Of a stretch of DNA of 64,000 bases, positions 59,192 through 64,000 are shown in pieces. The DNA is from an uncultured Poribacteria bacterium (GTDB lineage: Bacteria > Poribacteria > WGA-4E > WGA-3G), in the NCBI GenBank assembly GCA_951813565.1, contig OX638351.1:4160001-4224000 (forward strand), in the 5' to 3' direction. Below the pieces are notes generated by a model. The model searched no databases, was not told the origin of the DNA, and saw only the letters and a program-made list of their open reading frames with translations. Each line of letters starts with the position of its first letter. Position 1 is the stretch's first letter. A program made the translations under genes and the position numbers.

Positions 59192-59596
59192 CTAAAGGCA
59201 GGGGGTTTGAAGGGGAGTGCTAATAAAAGGTTTCAGCTTTTCCAATGTCTTTTCTCCCAAACCCTTTACTTTGGTCAGCGCATCAACTGAAGTAAAATTG
59301 CCGTGTTCTTCACGATATTGAATAATCCTTTGCGCCATTTGTGGACCAATACCTGAAAGTGTTTCAAGTTCTTCTGCGGAGGCAGTGTTGATATTGAGAA
59401 GTGCAGGTTTATCTTGGACAGATTGTTGCGGTTGATTTTCGTTGGGAACAGCGATGAAATCCGGTTTTCCGAGGAATAGGGCAGGGTTAAACCGTCGCAA
59501 ACCCCAGAATCCTGCACCGATTAAAATGACCAGTACCAAAAAGGTGACCGCACGCCAATAATGTTTGGCAATGACACCTTCAATATTTTTTGCCAC
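59192..59596 (-). CDS. comEA: ComEA-like helix-hairpin-helix DNA-binding protein
   Basis: LNINTASAEELETLSGIG..A..II.YREEHG.F..V..L..VKGLG motif. GTG start at 59596 behind AAGGAGG. N-terminal TM helix. Confidence 0.88.
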   Translation of the reverse strand: MAKNIEGVIAKHYWRAVTFLVLVILIGAGFWGLRRFNPALFLGKPDFIAVPNENQPQQSVQDKPALLNINTASAEELETLSGIGPQMAQRIIQYREEHGNFTSVDALTKVKGLGEKTLEKLKPFISTPLQTPCL

Positions 59597-59607
59597 CGTT
59601 GTCCTCC

Positions 59608-60150
59608 TTAGGATTTCCAAATCGGTTCTGGTATCTGAGAGCGGTGATTCGCCACGCGTGCCAAAACAAACAACAGATCTGAAAGGCGATTTAAACTTCG
59701 GATTATTTCTGGGTTCACGTCTGTTTCTCGTGTTAGGCGGACAACACACCTTTCACTTCGGCGGCACACAGCGCGCGCAACGTGTAAAACTGAACCAGCT
59801 TGGCATCCACCGGGGAGAATAAAGTTTGTTAGCGGCGGCAGTTCCTCTGAAAGCGTATCAATCACTTTCTCCATCTCTGTTGTAAAATCTGCGGATATTC
59901 GCATCTCTGTAGATTTTGTATGTGTGGCTGGGGTTGCTAAGTCTGCGCCGAGTGAAAAAAGGTGATTTTGGATACGCTCCATCAAGTCACAAAGGTCCGT
60001 ATCATCAATCAAAGTCTGTGTATAACCGATATAGGCGTTGAGTTCGTCCACAGTACCTATCGCTTCAATTTGCAGTGCGTCCTTCGGAATACGGGTGCCA
60101 CCGTACAGTGCTGTTTCCCCAGAATCCCCAAATTTTGTATAGATTTTCAT
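59608..60150 (-). CDS. pduO: ATP:cob(I)alamin adenosyltransferase, PduO type
   Basis: KIYTKFGDSGET, GTVDELN, FILPGG and LNRLSDLLF motifs. Confidence 0.93.
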   Translation of the reverse strand: MKIYTKFGDSGETALYGGTRIPKDALQIEAIGTVDELNAYIGYTQTLIDDTDLCDLMERIQNHLFSLGADLATPATHTKSTEMRISADFTTEMEKVIDTLSEELPPLTNFILPGGCQAGSVLHVARAVCRRSERCVVRLTRETDVNPEIIRSLNRLSDLLFVLARVANHRSQIPEPIWKS

Positions 60151-60194
60151 GGTGATTTATTTTATACTGTGTAGCGAAAGGAGTCAACTCAATT

Positions 60195-61553
60195 ATGGAC
60201 ACTCGGACGACACATTTTGCTCAAATAGATTGCAAAATTAAAAACGTTAATGTTATAGATTTACGCGTACCTACATCGGATACACTGCTCGGTTCAGATC
60301 CATTCCACAAGAAACCAAACTATTCCGCAGTGCTAACCACTATAGAAACAAGCACAGTACATACCGGTATTTCAGTGGCTTTCACGGCTGGTGCGGGAAA
60401 CGATTGGATCGCTTACGGTGTTAAAGACCTCGCGCAACTTGTAACGGGGATGGAAATTGATACCTTCGTCAACGATCCGGGAGAATTTCACCGACTTCTC
60501 ATCGATCATCACCAGTTGCGTTGGCTTGCAGATGGGGTTAATCGGATGGCAATCGGCAGTATTGTCAATGCGATGTGGGACCTTTGGGCGAAACTGGTTG
60601 AAAAACCGTTATGGAAACTCCTTGTTGACTTGCCACCAGAAAAAATCGTACAGAGCATTGATTGGCGATATCTGCGAGATGCGTTGACACCAGATGAAGC
60701 ACAAGAAATTCTCAGCGAACATTGGGACAACCGTGAATCCCGTGAGGATGCTCTCTGTCAGAAGGGGCCGAAGGCATATTCCACTGCAGGTTGGCTCGGT
60801 TTAACAGACGAACAAATTATTGAGACAGTAAATCAGGTAAAAGCAGCCGGTCTTGATTGCTTTAAGATGAAAGTAGGTCAAGATTTAGATTTTGATAAGA
60901 AACGGCTTGCCTTTATTCGGGAGGCAATCGGCAACGATGCGCTTTTGATGCTGGATGCGAATCAGGTGTGGGGTGTTGATGAAGCAATCGCCCACATGGA
61001 GGCGCTTGTGGAATTCAAACCGACATGGATTGAAGAGCCAACAGCACGAGATGATGTTCTCGGCTTTGTGAAGATTGCACGTGCATTGGAAAAATATGGT
61101 ATCGGTGTTGCTGCAGGGGAGCAGGTCCCGTCACCTGTCATCTTCAAGCAGTTGATAACAAGTGATGCGATACAATTCTGCCAGATTGATGCAACGCGAC
61201 TTGGTGGTGTGAACGATGTGTTGGCAGTGATTCTGATGGCAGCAAAGTATAAAGTGCCTGTTTGTCCACATGGCGGTGGCATCGGTTTATGTAATATGAT
61301 TCAGCATTATGCTATGTGGGATCAAATTTGTGTTGCAGCACATTCAGATACACAGGTAGTAGAATATCTTAATTTTCTGCAAGATGACGTGTTCATTGAA
61401 CCGATTAAGATTAGAAATGGCGCGTATGTTGCGCCGACGGTGCCCGGATGGGGTCTTGAGATGTCCCCTGATTTTGTGGAAAAGCATACCTATCCGACTG
61501 GTTCAGTCTGGCAAGGCAGAGAGGAGTCAGGTGGGATAACGTTTTTGGCATGA
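60195..61553 (+). CDS. fucD: L-fuconate dehydratase-like enolase (ENOSF1/rTS family)
   Basis: RVPTS...GSD, NAMWDLWAK, AYSTAGWLG, KMKVG, DANQVW and CPHGGGIGLC motifs. Confidence 0.85.
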   Translation: MDTRTTHFAQIDCKIKNVNVIDLRVPTSDTLLGSDPFHKKPNYSAVLTTIETSTVHTGISVAFTAGAGNDWIAYGVKDLAQLVTGMEIDTFVNDPGEFHRLLIDHHQLRWLADGVNRMAIGSIVNAMWDLWAKLVEKPLWKLLVDLPPEKIVQSIDWRYLRDALTPDEAQEILSEHWDNRESREDALCQKGPKAYSTAGWLGLTDEQIIETVNQVKAAGLDCFKMKVGQDLDFDKKRLAFIREAIGNDALLMLDANQVWGVDEAIAHMEALVEFKPTWIEEPTARDDVLGFVKIARALEKYGIGVAAGEQVPSPVIFKQLITSDAIQFCQIDATRLGGVNDVLAVILMAAKYKVPVCPHGGGIGLCNMIQHYAMWDQICVAAHSDTQVVEYLNFLQDDVFIEPIKIRNGAYVAPTVPGWGLEMSPDFVEKHTYPTGSVWQGREESGGITFLA

Positions 61554-61577
61554 TTGCATTAGCATGTCAAAACAGGT

Positions 61578-61873
61578 CTAATCATCAGGCTCTTGCTGCG
61601 GATTTAACTGCTTTTTAATATCTGTCAATGTTTTGTTCATGTCCGACAGAATTATCAAAACCTCACAGATTATACGTAGCAATATTGGGTATAAATAAAC
61701 CAATAAAATCCTGTAAAGAAACCGTATTGCCAAGCGGAAAACCCAGGAAATAATCACACATTTTGAACAATTCGAAATACACCAACAATGAAACAGAAAT
61801 AAATGCCAATCCGAAACAGGACTGGAATGATGACCGGGATTAACATCTTCTTAAAATTGAGAAAATATTTCAT
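61578..61873 (-). pseudogene. Frameshifted DUF4282-like small membrane protein
   Basis: MKYFLNFKKMLIPVIIPVLF.. in one frame and ..PILLRIICEVLIILSDMNKTLTDIKK in another. Span is 296 bp, not a multiple of 3. AAGGA RBS. Absent from the ORF track. Confidence 0.7.
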
Positions 61874-61945
61874 GTAAATTTCCTTATCTAATTTGTTAGG
61901 ACATAATTCATCTGTTTTTTCGCTTCATTTGAAAAGGATTTTACT

Positions 61946-62851
61946 TCAACACCCGTCGTAAGGCTTTGCGTATCCTGATTCAATCATGTGTTCACCAACG
62001 TTAATCTCTTTTCCATCTTTCATGATATATATTTCACATTCAATTCCAACTTTATCATACCCATCTGCATCCCACCATGCCATCCAAATCATGTTTTTAA
62101 TAGTAATTTGATTGTTTGCCTCCCGTATCAACTTTTTGAGATATTCTGTTGCCCCTTCAATCCCTTCGGTTGAAATACCGGTAATCCGCAAATCTGCCTG
62201 AGCAAAAATACCTTGAGGTGTCAGTTGGATTGCAGGCCAAATATATTTAGGTTTAGAAATAAAATCTTCAGGTAGCGGATGCAGCGGAATCATGGTGTCA
62301 TGAATCCTTTCATTCCATATCCTATTAGAATTCTCAAGCTTAACCTGAAAAACCTTCTGAGACAATTTGCCAACGTCAAAATATCCATTGATCACTTTTA
62401 TCTCTTCGTTTTCCTTGATGGTATAAATATCAACTTCCATTGAAAATGGATTTTGATAGATAAAATGGTCGTATGACCAATGACTCCAACGTATCTTTTT
62501 TAGCAGAATTTTCTGATTAGCATCCTTAAAGAAATATCCAACCCCGCGTGTAATTGCTGCATAGTCCTCCGTACTTCCCAGCTGGATGTCTAAATCTGCT
62601 ACAATCTCTTTAGGTGTGAGTTTGATAGAGGGCCAAATCTCTATCGGTTTTTTTATAAAACCATCTGGTAGTGAATGCAAAGAAAGATTAACACTTGTAA
62701 GAGTGTCCCGATTTTCAATTCGCGCTAAGCTTTGGAAGGTTCCTATATAAACGCTTTCACCTGGCCGCTGATTATTAAATTGTCCAACGACTGAACCGAC
62801 CGTGACAAAACACAATGTAGCAATTATGATTATTTCTGAAAATTTTCTCAT
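61946..62851 (-). CDS. Secreted hypothetical protein with two internal repeats, thermonuclease (SNase)-like
   Basis: Signal peptide; repeats LHSLPDGFIKKP..IWPSIKLTP / LHPLPEDFISKP..IWPAIQLTP; C-terminus NVGEHMIESGYAKPYDG. Confidence 0.6.
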   Translation of the reverse strand: MRKFSEIIIIATLCFVTVGSVVGQFNNQRPGESVYIGTFQSLARIENRDTLTSVNLSLHSLPDGFIKKPIEIWPSIKLTPKEIVADLDIQLGSTEDYAAITRGVGYFFKDANQKILLKKIRWSHWSYDHFIYQNPFSMEVDIYTIKENEEIKVINGYFDVGKLSQKVFQVKLENSNRIWNERIHDTMIPLHPLPEDFISKPKYIWPAIQLTPQGIFAQADLRITGISTEGIEGATEYLKKLIREANNQITIKNMIWMAWWDADGYDKVGIECEIYIMKDGKEINVGEHMIESGYAKPYDGC

Positions 62852-62929
62852 TGCAAAACTCACTACAGTTTACTGTAGAACTGATTTTTTACAACACCAT
62901 ATAAATACACACCATCGCCACTATTAAAG

Positions 62930-63685
62930 TTATGGTTTCGCACTTTCCGCTTGTTGTTTGTATGCAGCTGCACCCGATGAAATCCATCCGCCGACACTAA
63001 CAAGCAGAAACTGCACACCAGCTTTGACATATTTCTCAACGGTATTATCCAGCGCCAGTGTCCCTGCGACGCGCCCCCCATCTTGAATACGTGCCAATGC
63101 CGAATCAATAGTGTTTTGCACATCGGGGTGGTTATGATTACCGATGTGTCCCATTGATGTCGCTAAATCTGAGGGTGCTACAAAAAACACATCTATATGG
63201 TCAACAGTAAGAATCTCATCCAAATTGTTTACGGCGACAATATCTTCGATAAGAACAACGAGTAATGTCTGTGAGTTAGCAACGTCAAAATAGTCGTCCA
63301 CGCCATACCCTTGGCGACTTGTGAACATACCTCGGTGTCCAATAGGCGCGAACTTTCCGCCATCAACAACGTTTTGTGCTTCCGCTTTTGTATTAACATG
63401 CGGCACGACAATCCCCATCGCGCCGCAATCCAAGGTGCGGTAGATGAGTGCTTGATCGTTGCGATTGACACGCACTACAGACGTCATGCCCCACAAATCA
63501 CATGCACGTGTGAGATTACCGAGGTTTGTAGCATCTACATTGCCATGTTCACCTTCTAACCACACGCCATCAAATCCATTGGGACCGAAAGCATCTATAT
63601 CATCTGTGTTTGTCAATCCCGCGATGATATACGCAAGTTCGCCAGATGCCAATTTCTGTTTAACTCGATTGGGTCTTATTTCCAT
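62930..63685 (-). CDS. HpcH/HpaI aldolase family protein
   Basis: GFDGVWLEGEHG, LDCGAMGIVVPHV and FVAPSDL motifs. Start placed at ATG 63685. Confidence 0.92.
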   Translation of the reverse strand: MEIRPNRVKQKLASGELAYIIAGLTNTDDIDAFGPNGFDGVWLEGEHGNVDATNLGNLTRACDLWGMTSVVRVNRNDQALIYRTLDCGAMGIVVPHVNTKAEAQNVVDGGKFAPIGHRGMFTSRQGYGVDDYFDVANSQTLLVVLIEDIVAVNNLDEILTVDHIDVFFVAPSDLATSMGHIGNHNHPDVQNTIDSALARIQDGGRVAGTLALDNTVEKYVKAGVQFLLVSVGGWISSGAAAYKQQAESAKP

Positions 63686-63886
63686 TATGTTCTCTCTTTT
63701 ATAGTAAATTAACAATTAACGATATACTATTGTGTAACGTGTTTATAAAACGTCTTATAGTTTTGATCATAAGTCGCGAGCTGGAACTCGCTCCTACAGA
63801 AAGAGGCACAATGAATTGCGCGACTACAAACACATCATTTTTACAGAAAATTGCTTAGTATTTGTAAGTTTCACTATTGTAGGTTT

Positions 63887-64000
63887 TCAAACAAGGAATT
63901 TTGCTGGTAGCACTTGATGTGCTGTATCAATTACTAACTGTTCAACACCGGGTGCAAACCGAGTAGGCTGACCGAAATATATCATTGCACCGCCACCTTC
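63887..64000 (-). CDS. 3' end of a CDS running off the window (neutral ceramidase-like C-terminus)
   Basis: Open frame EGGGAMIYFGQPTRFAPGVEQLVIDTAHQVLPAKFLV*. Confidence 0.5.
   Translation of the reverse strand, partial: EGGGAMIYFGQPTRFAPGVEQLVIDTAHQVLPAKFLV

Noticed and set aside
57477..59223. CIRCE half-sites TTAGCACTC (57477) and GAGTGCTAA (59215)
   Set aside because: The spacing would be about 40-50 bp even without the IS, not 9 bp, and no heat-shock gene is adjacent. Treated as coincidental ends of the palindrome.

Overview
Bacterial genomic window, mostly minus-strand genes. It is very probably from Candidatus Poribacteria (inferred from PhyH dioxygenases, LamG proteins with a C-terminal V-x-P-x-x-K-(L/M)-x-x-x-W-x-x-(I/L)-K tail, DUF6785-type membrane proteins, and WD40/TPR/HEAT repeat fusions). 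It holds about 40 CDS: groEL, coaD, comEA, a PduO-type adenosyltransferase, sugar-acid catabolic enzymes, a TonB receptor, TolC plus MFP, a PorV-like porin, and a 1580-aa DUF4011-helicase-Vsr-DUF3320 (hhe-type) defence protein. There are two insertion sequences (IS982 and an IS4/IS50-like element) and several gene remnants. The most unusual content is intergenic: a layered set of non-autonomous elements. GTAG-type REP hairpins are invaded by an IS4-like MITE that duplicates 18-20 bp of the hairpin, and these sit inside further MITE families. Both layers are invaded by about 25 ultrashort (about 34-37 nt) hairpin units with a near-invariant GTTGATT tail, which stack into arrays and insert into each other. 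No rRNA, tRNA or CRISPR array was seen. All family assignments come from motif recognition by eye, not database searches.
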